Positions 28,026 through 40,643 of a stretch of DNA of 64,000 nt are shown piece after piece (position 1 is the stretch's first letter; each line of letters starts with the position of its first letter). The notes beneath the pieces were generated by a model. It was not told the DNA's origin. It did no database searches and saw only the letters and a program-made list of their open reading frames with translations. Made by a program: the position numbers and the translations under genes. Source of the stretch: Octopus sinensis (Eukaryota). The stretch lies in NCBI RefSeq assembly GCF_006345805.1, contig NC_043000.1, positions 51,336,001 to 51,400,000 of the forward strand, in the 5' to 3' direction.

Positions 28026-28858
28026 ATATATGTGCATGTGTGTGTATATCACTGTATATGTATGTTTATATGTATATATATGTATACATCTGTGCATGTG
28101 TGTTTGTTTGGGTGCACACACACTCATATGCATAGTGTTTCTTCATGATGTCCTTTGTGAATAAATAACAATATATTTTGTTCTAATAATGTTTAAACTG
28201 AAGATTTTACTGCAGTATTTCTTTTTGCACTTATGAAGGTCAAGGCATTTTACATCTTTCAAAAATAAAAGCAGTCTTCCATTGAGAAATATGTAAGATT
28301 ATATCATACTAGAAACTATACATAATTGTTTTAACCAATACTATGTGTATGGGAATAGTAAACACAGCATGCCATTATATGCAATATCTGCATGGTCAGA
28401 AAAAAGAACATTAGGCAGATTAGTTTCTTTTTTCTGATTGGATTTCATCAGTGACCAAGTACCATCTTTAACTGCTTATAAAGTCACAACAAAGCTTTAT
28501 ATGCAGTGGAGAGTTAGAGAGTTTCTGTAAATTGAATAGACCAATTTGGATATGTATCATATCTTGAGAAGCTAGTTTGGTTATAAATTACTACTGCATT
28601 CACAGTCTTTGTTTCACTGCTATGCTATTCTGCAGAATACATGTATAGGTTTTAACTAACATGGCACCTGTAGATAAATGTAGACATATCTTGTGTCCCG
28701 AATAGTTTCAGTCCTTAATTGCAATTTTAACAGCAGCTGACTATAACTTTAACTCTTTGTTAACCCACTATTCTATAAATATATATATATATACACATAT
28801 GTGCATGCACATGCACACATAGAGAGAGACAAGTTGTGTTCACATTTGTATATATATA

Positions 28859-28899
<41 letters not shown>

Positions 28900-29512
28900 A
28901 TGTTGGCTAGTGCAATAATGCAGTGATATAAAACAGAGTGAATGCACTTGTAGGTTATTAACCAAAGTAGCTGCTTAGGAATGTGTTATTCATGCAAATC
29001 AGTCACTGCGATTTACTTAAACATTTAATAACAGTTCAAGATGAAATCTCAACACAAGGATAAAACTCTTCATGATGATATTTTAAAGACAAAGTGTATC
29101 TCTTTCTGTCTACATACCTAGTGTGTTGGCTGAAACCTATAAATATATTTTGTAGTAAGTCTTTTATATACTTTCATTATAGCTAATTGTTAACATCAAA
29201 TTTCAACTGAGATGAATGTAACAGTTCTTTTCATTGCATAACCCTTGAAAATACTTCAATTTTCAAATGTTTTCATATATGAAGCTAACAAGGTCAAATT
29301 GCTGGGTAAGAGAAACTATCTGTGCCTTAATGAGATAATCATGATTTGTATCTGGTTTCACAGATAAAGCCAGGAGAAAAATCAGTACAGTATTTGATAT
29401 AAAGCCCATTTGTATTAATGTCACTTTATATAGATAATGATAATAAATGTTTGACTGTAATATCAAGTGTAATTTACATTAAGTTTATATGATTAAATTT
29501 GTTCACTTTCAG

Positions 29513-29726
29513 GCAAATTTGTAACGAATGGTGTCCGGGATCCAGGCACTCCTTGTACATACTCTTATATCAGTACAAATTCTACGAAAACTGGGGGATT
29601 ATTCTCTCCTAGATACCCCCAGAATTATCCACCAGGAGCCAGTTGTCAGTTTATTTTTGAAGGATTACCAGGAGAGAAAGTTAAGGTAGAATTTGAAAAC
29701 ATTCAGCTTCACCATGTTGATAAAAG
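29513..29726 (+). CDS. Internal coding exon (214 nt, phase 1 to phase 2) of a CUB-domain protein, SOL-1/suppressor-of-lurcher-like
   Basis: Acceptor TTTGTTCACTTTCAG| and donor AAG|GTAAGC. The open frame KFVTNGVRDPGTPCTYSYISTNSTKTGGLFSPRYPQNYPPGASCQFIFEGLPGEKVKVEFENIQLHHVDK has the CUB signature C...GxxxSPxYPxxYPxxxxCxxxxxxxxGxxVxxxF. The linker-C-x-Y-x-Y-x-S...G-x-x-SPRYP-x-NYP pattern recalls SOL-1 family CUB repeats; the family call is less certain than the domain call. Confidence 0.92.
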
Positions 29727-29969
29727 GTAAGCGCTTTTCTTTTGATATTTTGTCTTAATCCTTTTAGAAATTCCTTTATATTTTGCAATATTTCTCTCTC
29801 TTTTTCGTATTTTATCTACAACATTGACCCACTCACTTCTTTCATAGTTGGTATCAAATATAGCTGAGAGAATCAAATTTAAATGCTTGTCATTACAAAG
29901 TGTTGTGCTAAGGCCTCCGTTTCCCCCAGAACCTCATATTTACTCAGTATATCTTGATTCACAGTATTT

Positions 29970-30006
<37 letters not shown>

Positions 30007-30072
30007 ATATTTCGGAATGGTCATTTTGCCAGTTTAGCCAATAAAAAATCTTGCACAAAAAATATATAATCG

Positions 30073-30105
<33 letters not shown>

Positions 30106-30186
30106 ATATTATATATGTATATATATATATATATATTAATATATATATATATTATATATATATTTCATATATATATATTATATATG

Positions 30187-30234
<48 letters not shown>

Positions 30235-30313
30235 TATGTATGTATATATATATATATATATGTATATTATATATATATGTATGTATATATATATATATAA
30301 TATATGTATATAT

Positions 30314-30351
<38 letters not shown>

Positions 30352-30646
30352 TATATGTATGTATATATATATATATATGTATGTATATATATATGTATGT
30401 ATATATATATATATGTATATATGTAATATATATATATATATATATATATATGTATAGTATATATATGTATATATATATATGTATATATGCTTATATATAT
30501 ATATATATATATGTATATGTATATATATGTATATGTATATATATGTATATATATATATATGTATTATATGTATATGTATATATATATGTATATATGTATA
30601 TAATATATGTATATATATGTATATATGTATATATATTATGTATATA

Positions 30647-30685
<39 letters not shown>

Positions 30686-30981
30686 AATATGTATATATAT
30701 ATTATGTATATATATATATTATATATATATTATGTATATATGTATATAGATATATGTATATATATAATGTATATATATATATGTATATATATGTATATAT
30801 ATGTATTATATATATATATATATATGATATATATGTATATATAATATGTATATATATGTATATATGTATATGTATATATATATATGTATATATATGTATA
30901 TATAGTATATATATATGTATATATATATAATGTATATATATATGTATTATATATATATTTATGTTAGATATATATATATAT

Positions 30982-31026
<45 letters not shown>

Positions 31027-31042
31027 CATGTGTGTGTGTACA
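29970..31042. repeat. ~1.07-kb (TA)n/(TATG)n compound microsatellite
   Basis: Seen directly; source of the YI-repeat ORFs between 30051 and 31223. Confidence 0.97.
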
Positions 31043-33928
31043 GATACTTCATTTTGTTATTAACATGCATAGCCAATATTCTGTATATATGCATATGTAA
31101 TGTTAATAAGAAAATATTGAATGTTACCATTGCATCAGTACTAAATATCTGAAGGAAAAATGTATCATGATATTTTGAATGAATATATAAAAAGGTTAGA
31201 TAAAATAGTGCAAAATGTAACAATAATAAATATATCAGATATTAAAAAGTCTTGCCTTAGATGAAACTTGCCTGATCTCACAGTTACAAAAGCAATCACT
31301 TATGCACACGCACACAGACTCACACACACACACATTGAGTTTTAACTTTAAAAAAAAGTAGGTTTAGCTCTTTTTTTTTCTCATGTTTCAACATTATTTT
31401 CCTTGAGTTTTAACAATGTTAGATTGAATTTAATTTTCACATATTACAACTGAGTGGTCAGTTTTAGATGAAATATTCTTTTGTTTTGTGTTAATGTTTT
31501 AAACTTTTTTGATAAAGGAAATTCAAAGAAATTAAATATTATAAAAAAGAAAAACTTAATCATGAATGAACAAAAAAACAAAAAAAAAACCAGAAAATCA
31601 TTGATCGTTTTCAACAACAAAGTCATCGATATTTTTTCAATTGTTTACTTTTTTTTTACATTTTGGACAAAGATTCTTTTTTCCTTGATAACCTAATCAT
31701 TGAATAAAGAATCATCATTTGAAAAATGCTATTAATGAAAAAGGAAAAAAAAATGAAATGTCAATGTATAGATTAACATATAGAAATTTTAATGAAGAAA
31801 GTAACTTCTTTTCTGTGTTTGTGTTTGAACAATAAATAATGAAGGAAAAGAGATAAAACTGATTATTGGTGTTATATCTTGTTGTTCTTGTTATGGTGTT
31901 GTGTACTTGTATTTGTTATGGCATTGTACTTGTGTTTGTTGTATTGTTTGTACTTGTGTTTGTTATAATGTGTTACTTGTGTTTATTATATCTTTGCTGT
32001 TTTAACCGATGTCTCAAACTTGATATAGCTGAACTTCACCAAGGTCTTTGAAGATAGTAAGTTTCATGGTAACAGTGTGAAAAACAACTATTGCTTATAG
32101 CATCACATGACATTGTTAAAGCATCCTTTGACTGCTATACAATTGAAATTACTATTATTTCTTCTTTTTTTTTCATGTGTGTATGTGTGATCACTTTTGC
32201 CTGACAAATAGATACTTATTGGTCTAACATATATCATAGGCATTTATTTGATAAATATCTTCCTGCCTTCAGAACAGAATAAAGCAAAGTGTGTGTTGGG
32301 GGAACAATGAATATCTTCCTTCAAAATAAAATAATCAAAGAGGGGTGGCAGTGAAAGCTATTGTGAAAATTCAGATGTTGTCCACTAAATCTAACATAGT
32401 ATATGTGATTTATAAGTCAATCAGCTGGCAGAGTTATCAGAGCATCAAGTAAAATTCCTTGAAATATTTGTTTGGGATTTCTGCTCTCTGAATTCAAATC
32501 CTGTTGATGTTAAGTTTGTCTTTCATTCTTTTGGTGAGAAGAAAATTAAATACTAGCCAAAGTTTGAGGTTAGACAGAATTTTTAGGTCATTATACAAAA
32601 TAGTTTGTGGTGTCTGTTTTGGGTGTTTGCATTCTGTGGTCAAATCCTGGTTAGGTGCTGATAGCCAAGGTTAATCATTTAACCACACAAGCACCCCTTC
32701 CAACCAACAATTGATCAGTATAAACAGGTAGGCTTCTTACTACCAGCATAAACACTCTGGTAACAGCATGCTGAGGTTTTATATAGCTGTGGAGGTAAAA
32801 CAAGATAAATTGAAATAGAATTCGCTATTAAGCATAGTATAGTTGCAGAATTGTTTAAGTTTATAAATGTTTATTAAATTCACTGAACTATAAGTAATAA
32901 ATGTATAATAAAATTGCTCTCAATAGCAACTATTATTATAGAGTTATAGTTTTCCATTTCTTTCTATTGCAAAATAATATACAAATCCTGTTGAGAATTC
33001 TTTGAACAATTATTTTTTTTATTACATATATGATCCTTTTTATTTCATATTTATCTCCAAAATACATATTTATGTTCATTTACATAAGGAAGTTTATATT
33101 GCATAATATAGTTTAAGATATTCCTAAAAGAACATGATGCTCTTGGCTTGAATGCTTTGATAATAAGGTCTGCTGAATCCGTGCTGACCTAGGCTGACCT
33201 AAAACAGCAACATATACTGTATATGAGATACCCCCTCGAGGGATGTTTTTTTATTATTCCCAAAACAGTATTTTGTAATATATAGGAGTGCATTAGGATT
33301 TCATATAAAAACCTTTAAAAATATATTCATCTTCTGAAAATTCTATTTTATAAGATGCAAAAGTGCGATAGTACTTCATATAAAACCCATTGAAAACACA
33401 TTACTTTTCTGAGTATATCTAACTGATAAGTAAGATGAAGTTCTATTTCATGAAGGATTTTAAGTGTTAGAAAAGATAACCAGCCATAAAACATCTACAT
33501 TAAAACAGTTTGAATAGAGAATTATTCAAACCAACATAACCAAAATTCAACTATGAAATTTAAAAGAATGATTTATTTTTTCGTAATACATTGGTTTTCA
33601 AATGATGCATCAATTTGCTGGTAAAATAATACTCTGTGTTACAATAACATTATATTCCTAAAATCATATTGTAAGGCAGAGTTATATAATATGAAACTTA
33701 TTTTCTCATTGATCATTGATATGGGAAATTGTGAAGACTATGATGAAGTACTGGCTTCACAGTTAATAAGCATCTGAATCACCTGCAAATAGTTGTTACT
33801 GTATATCTTTTAACCATTCTACTTTTATTTACTTGCGTTGGTTTAATGTTTTGGTAATCAATTCTTGAATTAATTACTAACAAACCAGCTACTGGAAAAG
33901 TTGGAAATGGTGTGAGTGTGTATGTGCA

Positions 33929-33960
<32 letters not shown>

Positions 33961-34187
33961 CTTTATTTAAAAGCAGCAGAAATTCAACAAAACCTGTTAC
34001 TCAGAGTTTCACATTCCCGTTCGTCGGACTGTTTTTGTTAAAATAGAACCGACGAACAGAAACGGGAAACTCAGAGAAACAGGTTTTGTTGAATTTCTGC
34101 TGCTTTTAAATAAAGCATATTACTCTACCCCTGGTATTTGAGTACTCTTTTTTCCACCTTGTTTCACATTTATGCGTTTACTCCGGT
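33961..34187. mobile_element. Fold-back element resembling an inverted Penelope-like pLTR end, inserted in (TA)n
   Basis: 33961-33998 is a perfect 38-bp inverted repeat of 34078-34115, and pairing continues imperfectly inward to CGTCGG/CCGACG. About 70 bp of unique tail follows. TA repeats flank both sides, and the element contains hammerhead-like cores. Confidence 0.7.
33986..34039 (-). ncRNA. Minimal type I hammerhead-ribozyme-like motif (variant core CCGACGA)
   Basis: Minus strand: AACAAAAACAGT-CCGACGA-AC-GGGAAT-GT-GAAA-CTC-T-GAG-TA-ACAGGTTTTGTT. It shows stem I (10 of 12 pairs), a C(C)GANGA core, a 2-bp stem II, GAAA, a near-palindromic stem III and a GUA cleavage triplet. Confidence 0.6.
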
Positions 34188-34202
34188 ATATATATATATA
34201 CA

Positions 34203-34470
34203 TGTGCCAGTGGCATGTAAAAAGCACCATTCAAGCATGGTTGATGCCAGTGCCACCTGACTGGCCCTAGTGCCAGTGGCACATAAAAAAGCACCCAATG
34301 CACTCTTGGGGTGGTTGGCATTAAGGAGGACATGCAGCTGTAGAAACCTTACCAGAACAGATTGGGGCCTTGTGTAGCGTCCTGGCTTACCAGCCTGCAG
34401 TCAAACCGTCCAACCCATATCAGCATGGAAAGTAAACTTTAAACGATGATGATGATAATGATGATGATGA
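34203..34470 (+). mobile_element. Family B retroelement, older copy with two internal units
   Basis: GTGCCAGTGGCAyrTAAAAA(A)GCACC occurs twice, followed by GTGGTTGGCATTAAGGAGG, CAGCTGTAGAAAC, CCGTCCAACCCATATCAGCATGG and a (GAT)n tail. Confidence 0.85.
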
Positions 34471-34629
34471 CACACACACTGTTGTCTTTTGTGGTCCCTC
34501 TACACAAAACCAAATATGAAAATAGAAGCATATCAGATATCAATCATACACACACAAAAAGGAAAGGATTGGATGATAAGTCTTGGTTATTGGGATTGGC
34601 TCAAGATGCTCAAACTTTATTCCCTCTAA

Positions 34630-34922
34630 TGCCACCATGAACGCTATATCATTTGTATATCAACTTTAGAATTCACGCAAGATTTGGTCCTATGCCATAC
34701 ATCCTCTACTAAAATCATGCTTGCATCACAACACTAAAACAGAACTGTTTCATCTCAATTTGCCCTGCTCTCTTTAACATCATACCAAAACATAATGGAA
34801 GAAAAAATTTCATAACCTTAAAATGGTTTCTGAAAGAATATCTCCAGCCAATTCCAGATAAACCACCTACACCTGGGTATATCTCTGTAAACAATACCTC
34901 TTTACATGAATGGGCTATAGCC
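34630..34922 (+). mobile_element. CR1/L2-group LINE 3' relic
   Basis: Degenerate translation ...PALFNIIPKH...LKWFLKEYLQPIPDKPPTPGYISVNNTSLHEWA resembles the terminal FKxxLDxxLxxIPDxP motif of invertebrate CR1-group ORF2. Confidence 0.6.
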
Positions 34923-35611
34923 CCAAAAGAATGAGTGTAATATGAAACATCATTTCATGTCTTTTCCAGTTGGTACTGTTTAATCAATCATGGTCTGGGC
35001 CAATTCCGGCTAAAACTTATCTAAGTATGTATACATACATAAGTGTTCATGGCTGTGTATTTGCAATTAGGCTGTCTGAACATTACTTTGACACAAGCAG
35101 TAACATGTTATTTCGTCTGTTAACAAATTATCTGCTGGCTTTGCTCCATCTAAGATGTGTGGAATAAGAAATTCCTTATTTGACAAACATATAAAGCTTA
35201 GTGACAAGAAGGGCAACTGGCAGTAAAACAATGCCTTAAAAATATATTCATGTAAGCCATACTTTCACAAGAAAGCAAACAAAAAAGAAAACAAATACAT
35301 ACATACATAATATATATATTTTATATTTGTATATAAGTGTGTGTGTGTATGTGGGAGTTAGGTCAATCAGAATTTGCTGATAACTAAGGTTTGCTGCTCG
35401 CAGAAAATTTTTTGGTTTTCCTTCAGTTTGCAAAAATGAATGTATTCTGTGTATTTGTTTTAGCTGTTAATCTTAAGAAGCGGCATATTTTGATTGAACT
35501 TATAAAATTAATAATTGAAACTCTACTATTGGTATTGAGTACTTTTCCATTTGTTCATTTCCATCATTTCCATCAATATGTATGTATATGTATATACATA
35601 TATATACATTC

Positions 35612-35653
<42 letters not shown>

Positions 35654-36849
35654 ATGTGTTATAATTTAGAACAATCAGTAAAAGGTTGTTATAGTACTCA
35701 GAGTTTATGTATACATGCACACACACATATATATATATATATATATCCATCAATAATAACTGAAACAGAGTGATACCTGTATTAAAGCTCAATACCTCCA
35801 GCAATGTTTGAACTCATATTTGTTGTTTCAGTAGTCTATTTCCTCAACTATAGAAATATAAACCTTGGCAAACCTCATTGATTATACATTAAGAAAAGCG
35901 ATCGAGAAATGACTATTTCACTTGTTACCATGTTCATTGTCTACAACAATTATTCTCAACACTGTCAGATAGTGCTATTAAATAAATAAGCATATTTTCT
36001 CCCTTTTTAGAGACCTATTAGAATGGAACAATGGCATGCATGTAAATAAATTCTGGCTATAAATAAATGTTAGCAATAAAACTGAAGATTGAATCTCAGT
36101 TGGCTGCAGGCTTCCAGGCTGTGATTGAAATCAGATGTGCCACAGATAAGAAAAGACTATTGATGAGAATACTAATCTGTAACCATTTTGAGAACTCATT
36201 AACTGAAGTACACTTTACTAAGTTTCCATTTGCTTTGGCACAAATTACTAAAAGACTGTTCCTCTTAAATCAGAATAAGGGAAAGTTTTATCATCTGTGT
36301 TAAATTAACTATTAAAAACTTAGTGCAATAGAGATTGACTTAATCAATATAGCTCTCTTCTTCATATTTCATAATTATGGCACTCTTGAAATTTTTTACT
36401 ATATCAGTTAATACTAAAAATATGTCTTACATATACTTCATATCTAAGACTTTCTTCATCTCCATTTCCTCTTAATGATTTTTTGAATAATTTTTGTCCT
36501 GAACATTTGCCTTATCCATCTTTTTTCTTCATGTCCTCTCTCCTTATTTGCAGTTTATTTAGAGAGAATTTAGAGGGTGTAAAGAAATGTTACACATAAA
36601 CATATATGTATATACACACATGTGCATACTTATCAACTGCTACCACCACCACACTCACATGTAAATACACATATATATTTGAGATGTGTAAGCATAATTG
36701 AATATATACTGTCATCATTTTTACATCTGCTTTTTCATGCTGACAGAAGATAGATACGATTTCTTGAGGCAGTATTCTTCTGCCAGATTCTTATTCTTGA
36801 CACTGACCCTTACTTGTGTTTGTATATGTGTGCTGTGTGCCTTTCTTGT

Positions 36850-37165
36850 GCATATGAAATATTTCTGTACAATTTCTGTCTACCAAATTTCACTCTCAAG
36901 GCATTGTTGAAGCAGAGACTATTGTGCAGACACTTGCTGAAGGTGCCATGTTGTTTGATTGAACTTGAAACCACATGGTTATGAAGCAAACTTCTTAACC
37001 ACACAGCTATACCTGCTCATATTCTTAACCATACAGTCACGCAGTTTTCATCTGTCAAATTCACTCACAAAGCATTGGTAAGCCGAAGTCACTTGCCCAA
37101 GGTGTTCCACAGTGGAATTCCAAACCATGTTGTGAAGCAAATTTAACTTCAGAGCAATACATGTG
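36850..37165 (-). mobile_element. Two adjacent degenerate SINE heads related to family A
   Basis: TTTCTGTCTACCAAATTTCACTCTCAAGGCATTG...GACACTTGCTGAAGGTGCCA...GAAACCACATGGTT...TTAACCACACAGC, followed by a second similar unit from ~37045. Confidence 0.7.
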
Positions 37166-39260
37166 CCTATATCTAGTTGCCTATTAGCTTTTTTCTGGAG
37201 CAGCATAAGTTGTGAGAATTATAAGTATTTATTAAAAACTCCAGTATTATGCTTTTATGAACACAAATATGCATCCACACACATGTGTGTTTGTGTTTGT
37301 ATACCTTTTCTGCACCCTCAGTTTGTCAACAATCTAATTTTGTTTGCCTGTTCAGTGATGTTAAACATCACTGAAATTATTTATTCTGTATAGAGATTAT
37401 TTTGACTAACTCCCGGTGAACATGGAAACTCAAATATCTTTGCTTGTGTAAATTATGTCTGTCTTCATAGTGTAAAAACCATATTTAGCATGTTTACTTC
37501 AATATATGTCTAAGGTTTTAAATTATTTATATATGCCATATTCTCTTGACAAAACAACCTACATGTATGTGTGTACATATGTCTATACACAATATAATGT
37601 AAATTCAGAGTTTAGTTTGATTCTTTCCTGTATAAAATGTTTGCCTGGATGGTGACAGCTCATATAAATTTATATACACATTACACATGCCTCATAGATC
37701 CTTTCTGCATGACACATTGAAAGTGTAGGTGCTTAGTTTAAGTTTTATCAACATGAACCGTTCTAAACAATCAGAAGTCACATTGTCATTTCCCTACTTG
37801 TTTATAATATATTAAACCCTAAAAATGCTGAATGTTCCATGGCAATGAGTGATAAAATGTTAAAGTAACCTCTGCTGTATGTAAGAAATCCCAAAAGTTT
37901 ATGAGATAATTTTAATTCTTTTCTCTTTTCTATTACTATCTTTTTTATTTGCTATATCAGCTTTGGTTGCATCACTTGTCATAGTCAATGGTGACTGCAA
38001 ACTCCTAAAAGACATATGTTTCAGTGTTCAGTTGTGGATAGCTTCAGAACCCATTTTTTTTCTGTGTGTGTGTGATGAGTTGTCATACATTTATTACACG
38101 TGATCTACTGCAAGTATAGTTTCATATGTTTGACATCTGTTTGTAGGTGGTGAGTCGGTATTATTTCAGTGCTGTTATGTATATTGACATAGTGGAAACA
38201 ATAAATAATCTGAGAACAAAGGCACACAATAAAGTAAACATGCTAAATAAAGTTTTTACACCATGAAGGCTAAAGCACTTAACAGTTTACACAAGTGGAA
38301 ATATTTTAGTTTCCATGTTTATCAGCAGTTAGTCAAAGTATTCTCTTCACAAAGCAAACTGTTTTACGTCAAAGAACCAATTTTGTTTTAGTGCTGTTTA
38401 TCATTATTGAACAAGAAAAGATGACACTAGTGAGAAACTGAAGTTAGGAAGAAGTTATGCACACACCACAAATAGCAGTGTGTGTGTGTTTTTAATAGTG
38501 GAGATTTTGATACATAACTATGTTTGACACAGCTTATACTTCTTAAAAATATAGAGTTTTCATCAGTAGAAAAACAAAACAAAAAAAAGAAGGCCAGTGG
38601 TGTGAACATAGGTCCCATGACTAGTGCGGTTAGCATTATGGTTTTCTTTTTCTAACATCATGGAACAGTTTAGGATTTAGAAGACTCTCACTTTTTTGTG
38701 TTGCTGTTGAACATTTGATGAAATTTGTAGTTTTTAAACTTTTTACTGTAGAAATTAGATATGTCATCTCAAAATTTCATTGCCCTTACCTGGAGAAATC
38801 TATCTTTTGTAGAGAATGTCATGTTTGAAACTACTTTTTTCTGCTTGAGGTATGTCAAGTTTATTAAAGCAACTTGACTTGCAGCAAATACCATTTCTAT
38901 TTTTCTTATTAAATACTTAACAACTTTACTGCAATAACCATGAAATTTAATTTTGCAGTTAAAGGATTAAAGATGCAATTACTGATTGTACTAATTTAGT
39001 TTACACAGATGATCTTTTGCAGATTATAGGATTTTTTTTTCCTCATTTATAGAAATCTATTTTTGTTGTTGTTGAAAGTATGATTTTTTTCCCTATATTG
39101 TTCTATCAATTTGCTACCTTGTTATAATAAATCTGTCACAGATGAAAGTTGTATTACGTGAAGATTAAGTATTGATTTACTCAGGGATGACTTTGTTTGA
39201 CGCTTAGAGAAGTTGGTTATGAAACCACACACGTGTCCATATATATATATATATATATAT

Positions 39261-39601
39261 ATCAATGGAAAATCAATGGAAATTGTAGTTGTGATACCAG
39301 TGCCGGTGGCATGTAAGAGAACCATCCGAACGTGGCTGTTGCCTGCGCCGCTCCGACTGGCCTCCATGCCGGTGGCACATAAAAAGCACCATCCAATAGT
39401 GGCCATTGCCAGCCTTGCCTGGCACATAAAAATCACTCACTACACTCATGGAGTGGTTGGCATTAGGAAGGGCTTCCAGCTGTAGAAACACTACCAGATC
39501 AGATTGGGCCTGGTGCAGCCTCCTGGCTTCCTAGACCCCAGTTGAACCGTTCAACCTATGCTAGCATGGAAAGCGGACGTTAAACTATGGTGATGATGAT
39601 T
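39261..39601 (+). mobile_element. Family B retroelement, longest 5' extent, three internal units
   Basis: ATCAATGGAAA twice, then three GTGCCGGTGGCAY..AAAAAGCACC-type units, GGTTGGCATTAGGAAGGGC, CTATGCTAGCATGGAAAGCGGACGTTAAAC and a (GAT)n tail. Inserted in (TA)n. Confidence 0.88.
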
Positions 39602-40643
39602 ATATATATATAAACAGGTGGATATATTATAAAAGCTTATATGAAGAAACTAAGAAATCATGTTATATACTATACATTCATTTTATTGAAATACTAAACA
39701 ATCTACTGTCATAGGGTAAGACTTACGAGTTATAAGCTAACATTGTTCTGAACAGAATGATTGGCGCAGCCATATGCATCTATTGTGGTTGAAAAGAGGG
39801 GATCTCCTGACATATTTCTTTCATTTTGTCAGATAGGAGTGAATTTTGTTGTTAAATGTAAATGATGTGAAATAGTTGTTTGTGAAGAAAGGGTAGAGGT
39901 AAATAGTATAAATTGAATACATATTGATATACTTAACCAGAGCTGCTGCAAAATCTTACACACATTGTAAAGATTTATCAAGTTATGCATATAGTATGCA
40001 TGTATACACGTGTTTGTGTGGTATGTGTGTGTGTGTGTGTGTGTGTATACTTATATATCTGTGTGTATGTGTGTGTGTCTGTGTATTTACCTAAGCCTTA
40101 CAATAGAGATAAGTGTAAAGCTATTGGTGACTTGAACTAGGCATGTTCTGTAGCCCAGACAGGAGGCTACTTTTGTGCAGTTAGTAATAGATGTGTATGG
40201 TTGGCAGAAGTTGTATAGTTCAAGTATTACAGGTAGCTTTCTTTCTTTTTTTTTTCTATCCAATGAATTATGATCTGTTATTTATTTCTGAATTCACTTT
40301 GAGGCACATGGTTAATAAAGACTTATTTACATATTTCTTGATGCATCCGCCCCCTTGCATCCTAAATGTAAACAAACTTGCTCAATGGTAAGGTTAAAAC
40401 AGTGAATATGATGGTAGAAAAATGAAAGTATGCTTTAGAAAAACTGGTAGCTTTTCCATTTAAGTTACTGAAGATACTTGGTTCAAGACCTTAAAGCAGT
40501 TTTTTGACCTTTTCAGGGTTTTTTTTAACTGAATGTATTTAAGCTGAAATCACTTCTTGGTACATCATCAATAAACTTGTTTACATATATCTTGATGTTT
40601 CTACACTGGCATTTTAGACATAAATGTGTGTGTGTGTGTGTGT

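Noticed and set aside
30051-31223. Long ORFs (up to 232 aa) rich in Y/I/C/V/H/T, here and at 6.1, 16.8, 26.8, 27.5, 49, 54 and 56.8 kb
   Set aside because: They are translations of TA/TG/CA microsatellites that happen to lack stop codons, with no coding signal.
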